Counted from the stretch's first letter, positions 23,030 through 31,700 are shown. The stretch: 64,000 nt of DNA from Synechococcus sp. (GCA_047284725.1 JBJBEO010000001.1:1-64000), one strand, 5' to 3'. Notes: generated by a model not told the origin, from the letters alone. Numbers and translations: made by a program.

Positions 23030-23070
23030 TTTAACCGTTGCTGGTCAATATTTAACCTGCCCATTAAGCC
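23030..23070 (+). promoter_or_regulatory. Pho-box-like direct repeats upstream of the choice-of-anchor-I gene
   Basis: TTTAACCG (23030), TTTAACCT (23051) and ATTAAGCC (23063) resemble the cyanobacterial PyTTAAPyPy(T/A) repeat. Spacing is 21 and 12 nt rather than exact multiples of 11. Confidence 0.4.
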
Positions 23071-23116
23071 GAGGTAGGGGTGAATAAGGCAAGTTGATGT
23101 CATCAAGGTTTTACTT

Positions 23117-24979
23117 ATGGCTGCTCAGTTTTCCACGCCGTCTCAAGGACCCCTCAAATCCTTGATGGATCCAGCCGTTTCCAAAAGGCGACGCTTCCTC
23201 TCCCAACTGGATTACGAAGACGTGATCCTCGGTCGCCTGGATCTCACGGGTGAATCAAAAGATCCCGAACCCAAAGAAGATGGCTTAGTCGCTGAAATCA
23301 GTGCTTCCGTCTGGGTTGGCAACAAGATGTACACGCTGTCCAGCGGCGGTAGCGATACTCTCTCGCTCAGCGAATGGAGTGACCCTTCCAATCCTCAACT
23401 GGTGAGCCAGATCACTCTTGAGGGCTACTTCACCACCTCCGTAGCGAGTTATGGTGATCTATTGGCTGTTGCGGCAACACCTGAGGCCTACGAATCTGGG
23501 AACGATGCTGCTGAGAGCAATATCATTTTCTATTTGATCAATCCCTCCGGAACACTCATGGAGGTTGGTCGAGTTGAAGTAGGCGATCTGGCAGATGGCA
23601 TTGCCTTCTCCGCAGATGGCACACAGCTGTATGTGGCCAATGAAGGCCAACCCCGAGATGGTTACGACCTAGATCCCGAAGGTAGCGTGTCAATCATCAA
23701 CCTTTCCGGGCAAGGTGGCGCGCTTGAATTTGACGTTGTTACTGTCGAATTCCCTGATCTTGATGATCCAAACATTGACCTTCTTGGAAGCGGCATTCGA
23801 ACAGGTGCCGGCCTTGAAGGAGATTGGCAGAAAGATGCCGAGCCCGAGTATGTTGCTGCCGCGGGCGACTATCTGTTCGTCACTCTTCAGGAGAGCAATA
23901 CTGTCGCACGCATTGACCTGACAACCAATCAAGTTGATGCCTACATCGGACTCGGCTGGGTTGATTACAGCCAGGTAAGCGTTGACTTGACCAACCAAGA
24001 CATCAAAGATGACGTGGCCTCTGAAGACGGGTTCAATCCCATTGAAGGCCAAAATGTCGTAGGCCTTCGCATGGCTGACGGTATGGATGCCTGGGAGCAG
24101 GAGGGAGGTATCTACTTTATTACTGCCAACGAAGGCGACGCTCGTGAATACGACACGAAAAAAGGAGAGGAAGATGATGTTTTATTGGATGAGATCAGAA
24201 ACAAGGATCTCAACCCGGGCTATGACAATGTCCCCGGCAGGCTGAAGTTGGTCAGCGAAACTGTTTATTTTGAGAGCGAGGAAGCAACATCCGGACAAAG
24301 TGTGTTGGTGCTCAATGAGGATTCATTAAGCCCTCTAGACGACTTTACTTCTGAGGGAAATGATGTGGAAATTGAAGAACGTAGTGGCACACCTGTGAGC
24401 TTTGGCTCCCGCAGCATCAGCATTTTCGATGGTGAAACTGGAGAACTGGTCTGGGACAGTTGGATGACCGATACAATTGCCGGAGGGGATTACAACACCA
24501 GCCTTCAGAACATCGCTGAATATGCTGGAATTTACGACGATGGTCGCAGTGATGACAAAGGCGTTGAGCCTGAGTCGGTTGTGATTGTGCAGTACGGAGA
24601 AAACAATTATGCAGTTGCTTCGCTGGAGCGCACTGATGCAGGAGACAAAGTTGTTGATGACCTGACTGGTGAAGTCATCAGCACCTCGAATGTTGAAGAG
24701 GGTGGACTTCTGGTGATTTATGACGTTACCCATTTGAATGATGTTGACTTCATCACCTACCAGCAGGTCAGCCGGGCCCCCGAAGGCCTGGAAGTCATTG
24801 AGGCATCTCAAAGCCCTACAGGCCGATTACTGCTGGGCGTGAGTTCAGAGTATGACTCCAGCTCTGTGGAGCTCTTCGACTTTGCAGCCATGCTGGACAA
24901 TGGAAATGGTGATGAATACCTGAAGAGCGATCTCGCAGCAGATCTCAGCATCTATGCAACTCTCGACCCATTGGCTTGA
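23117..24979 (+). CDS. Choice-of-anchor I family beta-propeller protein (domain associated with cyanobacterial alkaline phosphatases), stand-alone
   Basis: VANEGQP...DPEGSVSIINL, EPEYVA, FVTLQESN, ITANEGDAREY, FGSRSISIFD, DGRSDDKGVEPE and APEGL motifs. Very Asp/Glu-rich; no appended 5'-nucleotidase or phosphatase domain. Confidence 0.8.
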   Translation: MAAQFSTPSQGPLKSLMDPAVSKRRRFLSQLDYEDVILGRLDLTGESKDPEPKEDGLVAEISASVWVGNKMYTLSSGGSDTLSLSEWSDPSNPQLVSQITLEGYFTTSVASYGDLLAVAATPEAYESGNDAAESNIIFYLINPSGTLMEVGRVEVGDLADGIAFSADGTQLYVANEGQPRDGYDLDPEGSVSIINLSGQGGALEFDVVTVEFPDLDDPNIDLLGSGIRTGAGLEGDWQKDAEPEYVAAAGDYLFVTLQESNTVARIDLTTNQVDAYIGLGWVDYSQVSVDLTNQDIKDDVASEDGFNPIEGQNVVGLRMADGMDAWEQEGGIYFITANEGDAREYDTKKGEEDDVLLDEIRNKDLNPGYDNVPGRLKLVSETVYFESEEATSGQSVLVLNEDSLSPLDDFTSEGNDVEIEERSGTPVSFGSRSISIFDGETGELVWDSWMTDTIAGGDYNTSLQNIAEYAGIYDDGRSDDKGVEPESVVIVQYGENNYAVASLERTDAGDKVVDDLTGEVISTSNVEEGGLLVIYDVTHLNDVDFITYQQVSRAPEGLEVIEASQSPTGRLLLGVSSEYDSSSVELFDFAAMLDNGNGDEYLKSDLAADLSIYATLDPLA

Positions 24980-25076
24980 GTCGTCCTGGCTTCGCTGTTG
25001 AATTGAGCTTTTGATGCTCAACCGCAACACCAACTCTCGAATGAAAGTCTTTTTAATGGCGCCTATTCAACTACTG

Positions 25077-25131
25077 ACGGCTTCAAACTGGATCGTTTCT
25101 CAACTTCGATCCAGTGATGTCAGCCGTTTTT
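25077..25131 (+). terminator. Hairpin plus T run downstream of the choice-of-anchor-I gene
   Basis: Outer pair ACGGCT/AGCCGT and inner pair ACTGGATCG/CGATCCAGT, followed by TTTT. Confidence 0.5.
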
Positions 25132-25205
25132 AGGTGCATGGTCAGTGTCTCGATCGGGTGACGTTCGATCAACTGATCAGATCGCTGTACTGGCCCTCAG
25201 CCCGC

Positions 25206-25454
25206 TTATTTCTGGTCATATTCCCCAAGGGACATCGCTCTGTTCAGTACGTGCTGTTTGACCACAGACCGATCGCGCTCCACATAGAGTTCAGCCCAAT
25301 GGGATGGCTTTGATTTCGCTACAAGAGTTTCGACATCGTCTGAAATAGCATTAAATAACTCATCAACAAAGGCTTCAGGATCTGCCCCGAAGGAATCGAT
25401 CTCACCTAAAGCCTGATCAAGGCGCTTGATCAAGCGAGTGGCGCGCGACATCAT
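25206..25454 (-). CDS. Small helical hypothetical protein (82 aa)
   Basis: MSRATRLIKRLDQAL...HWAELYVERDR; amphipathic, protein-like sequence. Confidence 0.7.
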   Translation of the reverse strand: MMSRATRLIKRLDQALGEIDSFGADPEAFVDELFNAISDDVETLVAKSKPSHWAELYVERDRSVVKQHVLNRAMSLGEYDQK

Positions 25455-25669
25455 GGCATATCAATCTCATAGAAACTTAGGTGACGGGGATTAAGGATTG
25501 GTAAATAGGCCCAACGCTTTTGTTTCTGGTCTGGGGGGGGGTTGAGCCCTTTATTCATGAGGTGGCTGCTTGTTGGGACCGTGGTTGATGTTCTACTTGG
25601 ATGAAGATTGTCGCTGATTCGAGCTCGGCATCGCCCACTCTCGAGTTTGACTGTCAAAACGTGAGGGTC

Positions 25670-25888
25670 CTACTCGTCATCCCAGAATGAACCGTTCAAT
25701 GCTTCAATATCTTCCATCGTTGTGAACTGTATGTTGTCCAGCATTGGCTGGAGGCCGCCCCTTTGGTCTCTGCGGGCTGTCTCGCCAGGCGAAGAGGGAT
25801 TAGAAGCCTGCTCGGCCCGTTCATGGTTGTAGCGAAGTCTTTTTGACGGTTTGCTTGATGAAGGCGCAGTCGCCATTTCAGTGATCAA
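25670..25888 (-). CDS. Small hypothetical protein
   Basis: 72-aa ORF, disordered with an acidic/aromatic C-terminus (MEDIEALNGSFWDDE); co-oriented with its neighbours. Confidence 0.45.
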   Translation of the reverse strand: MITEMATAPSSSKPSKRLRYNHERAEQASNPSSPGETARRDQRGGLQPMLDNIQFTTMEDIEALNGSFWDDE

Positions 25889-26022
25889 AGACGCGTCAGG
25901 ATGTGGATGCCAGGCCGGGGTTGATCAGTTGATGGGTAAGCCATGAAACTGGTGGCTTCATCATGCCGCTGATGAGCAGGTTTTGGATGGAATGATGGCC
26001 GCCTTGATTGTCTTTTGGCGGT

Positions 26023-26379
26023 CTATTTTTTGTTGTTATTGAGCGCTTTAAGGAATGCTTGTGGGCCGCTTTCCATGGAGGGTAATTCCATTTTTGCTTC
26101 GCGATTTTCCAGTGCAGCTTTGACAGATTCAATCATCTGCTGATTGCCTGCTGTGGTTGCTGCCTCGAGTGCTGCTTTGAGCCTTTCAGTACTCGTCGCC
26201 AGATCAGGCTCAGCTGTTGTGCCGGCATTGAAGCTGTATGCGTAAGGCGTTGATGCGCGGACGCTGTTTAACTGATTGGCTAGGTTTTCCCAGAGCAGTG
26301 GCATCGGTTGGGCGCAAGATGCGGCCATTAAAGACTTCGCTTCTGGTTGGGGCTTCATTACTTCATCAAACGCATTCAA
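26023..26379 (-). CDS. Hypothetical protein
   Basis: 118-aa ATG-started ORF with a helical C-terminal half (ERLKAALEAA...VKAALENRE). Confidence 0.55.
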   Translation of the reverse strand: MNAFDEVMKPQPEAKSLMAASCAQPMPLLWENLANQLNSVRASTPYAYSFNAGTTAEPDLATSTERLKAALEAATTAGNQQMIESVKAALENREAKMELPSMESGPQAFLKALNNNKK

Positions 26380-26567
26380 TCATTCACCTGTCATGCCTTG
26401 GCGGCTTGGTTGGTGCTCTTGCTGCTTGAGCTGCGTGCGTAAACCTGGTTGATATCGTTTTTTTCTCTTCAGCAGTCGTTTGCTGTCGCAATCGCAGTGG
26501 CGCCGCATTCAACTGGCCACAATGGAGAGGCCTTGCCGCAGCGGTCACGCTGACACAGCAGCTTTCG

Positions 26568-27284
26568 ATGCGCTCTCCCTCCGCCGAGGTGGCCCGCCTT
26601 CACGCTCAGGGCCTTGCCTACGCCTACGACGGTAAGCAGGCCCTCAGTGACGTGAATCTGTTCCTGGAGCCCGGATCCTTGACGGCGTTGGTGGGCGCGA
26701 ATGGTGCCGGGAAGTCCACCTTGCTGCAGTTGTTGCAGGGTCAACTCCTGCCCCAGGCAGGCGGGGTCTGGCTTGGAGATCAACCGATTCAGCGTTGTCG
26801 TTCCCGGGTGGCGTTGATGCCGCAGCGAGGCAGGATTGATTGGTCGTTCCCGATCACGGTGCGGGAGATGGTGGCGCTCGGGCAGGTCCAGGGGCCGCGC
26901 GCCGGTTGTTGTGACATTGAGGCTGCCCTGCAGCGCGTGGGCCTTCTCGCCCTGGCCAATCGGCGTCTTGATGCTCTGTCCGGCGGGCAGCAGCAACGCA
27001 CCTTGTTGGCCCGCGCTCTGATGCAGCCGGCCAGGGTGTTGTTGCTTGATGAACCCTGTGCGGCGATCGATCCGCCGGCCCGCCGGCAGTTGCTGCAGAT
27101 GATGCGTCAGCTCGCCGATGCGGGCTACAGCCTCCTGGTGAGCAGCCACGATTGGGGTGACGCTCTCAACGTGTACGACCGGGTGATCGTGCTCGACGGT
27201 CGGGTGCAGGCCGATGGCACGCCATCGGATGTGCGGCACGCCCTCACGGCGCTCACTGATCTGGGGAATCACTGCTGTGGTTGA
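26568..27284 (+). CDS. Zn/Mn-type metal ABC transporter ATP-binding protein (ZnuC/MntA-like)
   Basis: GANGAGKST, MPQRGRIDWSFPITVRE, LSGGQQQR, LLLDEP; C-terminal HCCG. Confidence 0.9.
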   Translation: MRSPSAEVARLHAQGLAYAYDGKQALSDVNLFLEPGSLTALVGANGAGKSTLLQLLQGQLLPQAGGVWLGDQPIQRCRSRVALMPQRGRIDWSFPITVREMVALGQVQGPRAGCCDIEAALQRVGLLALANRRLDALSGGQQQRTLLARALMQPARVLLLDEPCAAIDPPARRQLLQMMRQLADAGYSLLVSSHDWGDALNVYDRVIVLDGRVQADGTPSDVRHALTALTDLGNHCCG

Positions 27285-27288
27285 TGCC

Positions 27289-28059
27289 ATGCCCTGGTGG
27301 CTGCTGCCGTTGCTGATGGCCCTGCTGGTGGGCGCGCTGTGTCCGGCGATCGGCACATTGCTGGTGACCCAGCGTCGCTTGCTGCAGGCCAATCTGATTT
27401 CCCATGCGGTGCTTCCCGGGCTGGCCATTGCCCTGGCCGTCGGCATCGATCCGGCCCTTGGCGGCGTGGTGAGTGGGGTGTTGGGTGCCTTGTTGGCGGA
27501 GCGTCTTCAGCGCCGGGATGGACGCAGCCATGAAGCGGTGATCAACACCGTGTTGGCTGGCTTTCTCGGCTTGGGAGTGCTGTTGATCCCTCTGTTGAAT
27601 CTGCGCCTTGATCTGGAGGCCGTGCTGTTTGGTGACCTGCTGGCTGTGGGAGGAACTGATCTAGGTCGCACCTTGCTGGCGGCAGCGTCTTTGGTGGTGT
27701 TGGTGGGATGCTCCTACCGGAGCTTGGTGTTCCTAGGAGTGGACTCCGACGGTGCTGCCGCCGTGGGTTTGCCGGTGCGGGGGCTGCGTTTGGCTCTGGC
27801 GGTGGTCACCGCCCTTGTGGTGGTGAGCGCGATGGCGGCGGTGGGGGTGGTGCTGGTGATCGCGTTGCTGTGTGCACCTGTGCTGCCTGGTCTGCAGCGC
27901 GTGACCAGCCTTCGGGCCGCCATGCTGCGGGCGTCATTGGTGGGTGTGGCCTTGAGTGGTGCGGGCTTCGGTCTGGCGCTGCTGCTCAATCTGCCGCCAG
28001 GTCCGCTGATTGGTGTGGCGTGTCTGGGGTTGTTGCTCCCTGGAGCAAAGCTTCGCTGA
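27289..28059 (+). CDS. Zn/Mn-type metal ABC transporter permease (ZnuB/MntB-like, ABC-3)
   Basis: ISHAVLPGLAIA, LEAVLFGDLL and AVGVVLVIALL. Start at ATG 27289 or GTG 27277. Confidence 0.88.
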   Translation: MPWWLLPLLMALLVGALCPAIGTLLVTQRRLLQANLISHAVLPGLAIALAVGIDPALGGVVSGVLGALLAERLQRRDGRSHEAVINTVLAGFLGLGVLLIPLLNLRLDLEAVLFGDLLAVGGTDLGRTLLAAASLVVLVGCSYRSLVFLGVDSDGAAAVGLPVRGLRLALAVVTALVVVSAMAAVGVVLVIALLCAPVLPGLQRVTSLRAAMLRASLVGVALSGAGFGLALLLNLPPGPLIGVACLGLLLPGAKLR

Positions 28060-28942
28060 GCCTCCAGAGCCGTTCGCGTTGGCTTGGATCACGGGCAGCG
28101 GGTGCCACCGGTTGACGTTGGGGCCAGCCGCGCAGACCTCCGAAACCATCCGGACCGTAATGCTCGCCGCCCTGGGCGGAGGCAGCGGTGGCGGCATGGA
28201 GTTGGGGCAGGGCGCCCATCGCAGCGCTCTGGAACAACGGGTCCATGAGCCGGTAGGCGAAAGCTTCGATCCTGGATCCGTTCCCAGCGATGGAGGCTGG
28301 CTGCAGATTGGTGCGGGCGAGGCCGGGGTGGGCAGCCAGGGAGCGAATCGTGCTTGCTTGCGCGCGAAGACGCTCCTCCAGCGTCAGGGCAAACATCACA
28401 TTGGCCAGTTTGCTTTGGCTGTAGGACTGCCAGCGGTCGTAGCGCTGTTCGCTGCAGGGGTCATCCCAGTTGATCCGTCCGAAATACTGGGCTCCCGACG
28501 TCACAGTCACCACGCGGGCGGAGAGTTGCCCTTCCATCAGAGGCAGCAGCGCGGTGGTCAGGGCCATCGGGGCGAGATGGTTGGTGGCCAGCTGCAGTTC
28601 CAGGCCCTGCCTGGTCACCTGCCTTGGCGGCGCCATCACCCCGGCATTGTTGATCAGCAGATCCAGGCGCCCGTAGCGGCTGGTCACCGTCTCGATGCAG
28701 CGCTGCACACTGCAGAGATCCGCCAGGTCGAGCTCCAGTAGCTCCAGGCGGCCAGCGCCGCTCGTCTGCTGCAGAAGCTGAAGGGCTGTTTCTCCCCTGG
28801 ATTTGCTTCGGCAGGCCATCAGCACCGTGGCTCCCTTTGCGTGCAGAGCTCGGGTGGTTTCCAGCCCCAAGCCACTGTTGGCTCCTGTCACCAGCGCGAT
28901 GCGCCCCTGCTGATTCGGGATATCGGCGACGGTCCAGGCCAT
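27986..28942 (-). CDS. Short-chain dehydrogenase/reductase (retinol dehydrogenase / protochlorophyllide reductase-like)
   Basis: VTGANSGLG, LINNAGVM, YSQSKLAN (YxxxK) and AHPGLART. Confidence 0.92.
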   Translation of the reverse strand: MAWTVADIPNQQGRIALVTGANSGLGLETTRALHAKGATVLMACRSKSRGETALQLLQQTSGAGRLELLELDLADLCSVQRCIETVTSRYGRLDLLINNAGVMAPPRQVTRQGLELQLATNHLAPMALTTALLPLMEGQLSARVVTVTSGAQYFGRINWDDPCSEQRYDRWQSYSQSKLANVMFALTLEERLRAQASTIRSLAAHPGLARTNLQPASIAGNGSRIEAFAYRLMDPLFQSAAMGALPQLHAATAASAQGGEHYGPDGFGGLRGWPQRQPVAPAARDPSQRERLWRLSEALLQGATTPDTPHQSADLAAD

Positions 28943-29005
28943 GCTGAGGTGGGTCGGGGATCGGCAGCGCGTCGATCATGGCCAATGCTGCAGCGCCATG
29001 GCGGC

Positions 29006-29818
29006 CTACGGCCGACTGGCTCTCACTTCCAAGGTGGTGGGCCCCACCCAGAAGCTTCCTGGCTGCTGGTGGCTGCGGGCGATTTCAGCCCTGGCTTCAG
29101 CAGCATCGTCGCTCGTCCATCGCCCCAAGCTGATCAACGTCTGGCCATAGACCTCCACAAACCGTTCCATCCATTGTCCCGCCATGGAGGTGCTGTTTCC
29201 CAGCACCGGCAGTGGCTGCAGCGTCTCGATCCTCCAACCTCGCTCGGCCAGCCTGGTCGGCAGGATCCGGTTCACATCGGTCTGGCCAGCGGCGGTGTGA
29301 AAGCTGGCCTGGCAGGCCTGGCCAAAGCGGTGAATGGCCTGGCCATGGGGATGGAGCCCGAAGGTGTCCCAGTGCACGTATTCGTGCAGCACCCAGCGAC
29401 CGCCGGGTTGCAGGCAGGCTTCCGCTGTTGCGATCAGTGGCTCCAGTTCCTTGAGGAACATCGCCACCCAGCGGCTCCAGATCAGATCAAAGCGCTCCTC
29501 CGGCCAGGGATCGGTGAGCAGATCGTGCTGGCGCAGCTCCAGTTGGTCCACACCCCCTGCAGCCGCCAGAGCTTGGCCCGCTTCCACGTATGCGTTGCTC
29601 AGCTCCAGGCCGAGTACCCGCCCGCTGGCACCCACGATCGCGGCAAGATCCAGGGCGGCAAAGCCTGGCCCTGCGCCAAGATCAAGCACCCGCTCCCCTG
29701 CCCGCAAACCCGCTCGATGCCAGGCGGCGCGGGCCGTGGGTTGCCAGAGCTGGTTCTGAAATCGAAGCCGCTCCAGCTCGTCGGCGTGGGTGCCCAGCAG
29801 ATAGCTGGAGTCGGGCAT
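29006..29818 (-). CDS. Class I SAM-dependent methyltransferase
   Basis: YLLG...ELERLRFQ, VLDLGAGPG, FDLIWSRW and LQPGG. Confidence 0.88.
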   Translation of the reverse strand: MPDSSYLLGTHADELERLRFQNQLWQPTARAAWHRAGLRAGERVLDLGAGPGFAALDLAAIVGASGRVLGLELSNAYVEAGQALAAAGGVDQLELRQHDLLTDPWPEERFDLIWSRWVAMFLKELEPLIATAEACLQPGGRWVLHEYVHWDTFGLHPHGQAIHRFGQACQASFHTAAGQTDVNRILPTRLAERGWRIETLQPLPVLGNSTSMAGQWMERFVEVYGQTLISLGRWTSDDAAEARAEIARSHQQPGSFWVGPTTLEVRASRP

Positions 29819-29838
29819 GGGCGGCTTGGAACGGCGGG

Positions 29839-30096
29839 TCAGTCTTCGGGGAAGAGCAGGCCGGCCAGTTCGTCGGCATCCACGTCGTAGACCCTGGCCA
29901 GGCTTGTCTCGATGGCGCTGGTGACTTCCCCGGGCAGAAAGCGCATCGCATTGAGCGCATCTTCCGTGATCTCGTCGCTCAGCAACGTGTCGTCACTGTC
30001 GAGTTTTTCATCGTTGATCACCGCCATCACCCAGCTCTGGTAGGCGTAGACGAGGTCCGAAAACTCGAGTTCGGGATCGTTCAGATCCAGGGTCAT
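29839..30096 (-). CDS. Small acidic conserved hypothetical protein
   Basis: 85-aa ORF MTLDLNDPELEFSDLVYAYQSWVMAVINDEKL with host-like codon usage. Confidence 0.8.
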   Translation of the reverse strand: MTLDLNDPELEFSDLVYAYQSWVMAVINDEKLDSDDTLLSDEITEDALNAMRFLPGEVTSAIETSLARVYDVDADELAGLLFPED

Positions 30097-30192
30097 CGGA
30101 TGGCTTCAACTGCCCACAGTTTGCCTTGTGGATTGGCAGTGGGCAGCAGGACCATGACATGACCACGGCAGGCCTTCGGTCAGGATGACGCC

Positions 30193-30696
30193 ATGACCAC
30201 GTCGACGTCTCCATCCCCACCAGAGCCTGTGCAGCTCCAGGCCACCTTGTTGGATTTCGCCGTCCTCGAGTTGATTCGCCAGAACCGGCAGAGTTTTGAA
30301 CCGTTGTGGACGGTGGACAGCTGGGCCAAATTGTTGATCTGGCTGGCACTCAACTGCGGTTTGTCGGGGGAGCGGGAGAGCCTTGAACGGTTCGCCACTG
30401 CACTGGGGGCACCACTGACCAGTCGGTTGCGCCGCGTGTTCTTTGAGCGGGAACTCAACGACCTGGAGTTGCAGGTGCTGGCGGACCCAACGGAGCAGCA
30501 AGTGTTGGTGTTGCCCCAGGTGGCTGGTGATGCTGCACTGCTGGCGGTGGATCGCGTTGCCAAGGCGTTGGAACGGGTTGGGCTGTTGGATCGGGTGGTG
30601 CAGGACCCCACGCGTTGGCAACACCTGGAAGGCGTCGTGGCGATTCCGTGGCAAGCCGTGGCCGCTGCTGCCGATGCCGAGGAGATGCAGCCATGA
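30193..30696 (+). CDS. Conserved hypothetical protein
   Basis: 167-aa ORF (FEPLWTVDSWAKLLIWLALNCG); ATGA-coupled to the oxygenase. Confidence 0.8.
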   Translation: MTTSTSPSPPEPVQLQATLLDFAVLELIRQNRQSFEPLWTVDSWAKLLIWLALNCGLSGERESLERFATALGAPLTSRLRRVFFERELNDLELQVLADPTEQQVLVLPQVAGDAALLAVDRVAKALERVGLLDRVVQDPTRWQHLEGVVAIPWQAVAAAADAEEMQP

Positions 30697-31319
30697 CGCT
30701 GATCGGACGCTTCCGCAACGCCGGGTTCGAAGCGGTGGCCGATGGGGTGATGGCCTTCTTTGACCGTCGCAGCGACCTGCAGCGCCCTGGAGTGGCCTTT
30801 GGCCCTGGCGGTGGTGGCGAACCGGCGAAGGTGTCGACTGACATCAGCCTGGTGGCGATCGATCGCAGCGATCCGGACGCCTATGCCCTGTCTGAGGTGA
30901 TTGTTCGTGGCGTGACGGCGGCGTTGGAGCGCTACCTCCAGGAGCGACCGCTCTTCCGCACGGTCTGCCCCGACCAGGAACTGTTCGTGATGCCGATCTT
31001 CAATCTCCAGCGCTATGCACCAGGAGAGGGCTTCAAGCAGTGGCACTGCGACTGGACCATCAGCGATGAGGCCACCGAGCCCGTGCACCGGGTGCTGGCC
31101 TGGATTCTCTACTGCGACAGCGTGGAGGAGGCGGGAACCGAATTTCACTGGCAAGACCATCACGAGCCGGCGGAGCGCGGCAAGCTGGTGATCTTTCCGG
31201 CTGGGCCATCTCACATTCATCGCGGTCGGGTGAACAGCACAGCCAGTAAGACGATTGCCACTGGCTGGATCAACGCCGGTTCCCGCGAGGCCTATCTGCG
31301 GCGTCTGGCCAAGGACTAG
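30693..31319 (+). CDS. 2OG-Fe(II) oxygenase family protein
   Basis: NLQRY...WHCD (HxD), GKLVIFPA...HIHRG and KTIATGW. Confidence 0.88.
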   Translation: MTLIGRFRNAGFEAVADGVMAFFDRRSDLQRPGVAFGPGGGGEPAKVSTDISLVAIDRSDPDAYALSEVIVRGVTAALERYLQERPLFRTVCPDQELFVMPIFNLQRYAPGEGFKQWHCDWTISDEATEPVHRVLAWILYCDSVEEAGTEFHWQDHHEPAERGKLVIFPAGPSHIHRGRVNSTASKTIATGWINAGSREAYLRRLAKD

Positions 31320-31609
31320 GCCCCGGCTGATGGCTTCCAGTTGCGCATGGCCCAGAGCAACTCGCCCGCATCCCAGCTGCAGAGGTCGAAGTTTTCCACG
31401 GCTGTGGCGTCGTCGGATTCCACCAGTTGGAGGGCGTAGTGCTTCACCACAGCTGCCGGGTGGAGCTTGATTCCCGCCTGGGCTGCTACCTCCGCGATGG
31501 CACCGGCCGTGGTGGCCATGCGCAGGTTGCGCTCGAGGGCGTCATCGTTGACCGCTGCTTCGATCAAGGCCTGCAGATCCGAATGCACCTGCTCGGTGTT
31601 CTGGTCCAT
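31316..31609 (-). CDS. Nif11-like domain protein
   Basis: LQALIEAAVNDDALERNLRMATTAGAIAEVAAQAGI fits the Nif11 leader-type pattern; no Gly-Gly cleavage motif. Confidence 0.6.
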   Translation of the reverse strand: MDQNTEQVHSDLQALIEAAVNDDALERNLRMATTAGAIAEVAAQAGIKLHPAAVVKHYALQLVESDDATAVENFDLCSWDAGELLWAMRNWKPSAGA

Positions 31610-31700
31610 GGAGGGGGAACGCGGACCCCTTGATCATCGTTCGCCTTCAGCCGTGTTGACGTCTCAAAGCTGGGGGCCCTTTGCGAGCATGGTCGGCTGA

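Larger units (their letters stand above)
21641..26470. mobile_element. Degenerate genomic islet at the 3' end of tRNA-Val (no integrase)
   Basis: Visibly lower GC and sparse coding compared with the flanks, a pseudogene fragment, small orphan ORFs, and a start directly after a tRNA. Right border approximate. Confidence 0.6.

Noticed and set aside
23180..23203. SKRRRFLS as a functional Tat signal peptide
   Set aside because: No hydrophobic h-region or AxA cleavage site follows; the downstream residues are acidic.
25105..25115. TTCGATCCAGT as a possible attR copy of the tRNA-Val 3' end (TTCGATCCCAGT)
   Set aside because: Too short, needs an indel, lacks the acceptor-stem sequence, and is explained as one arm of a local hairpin.
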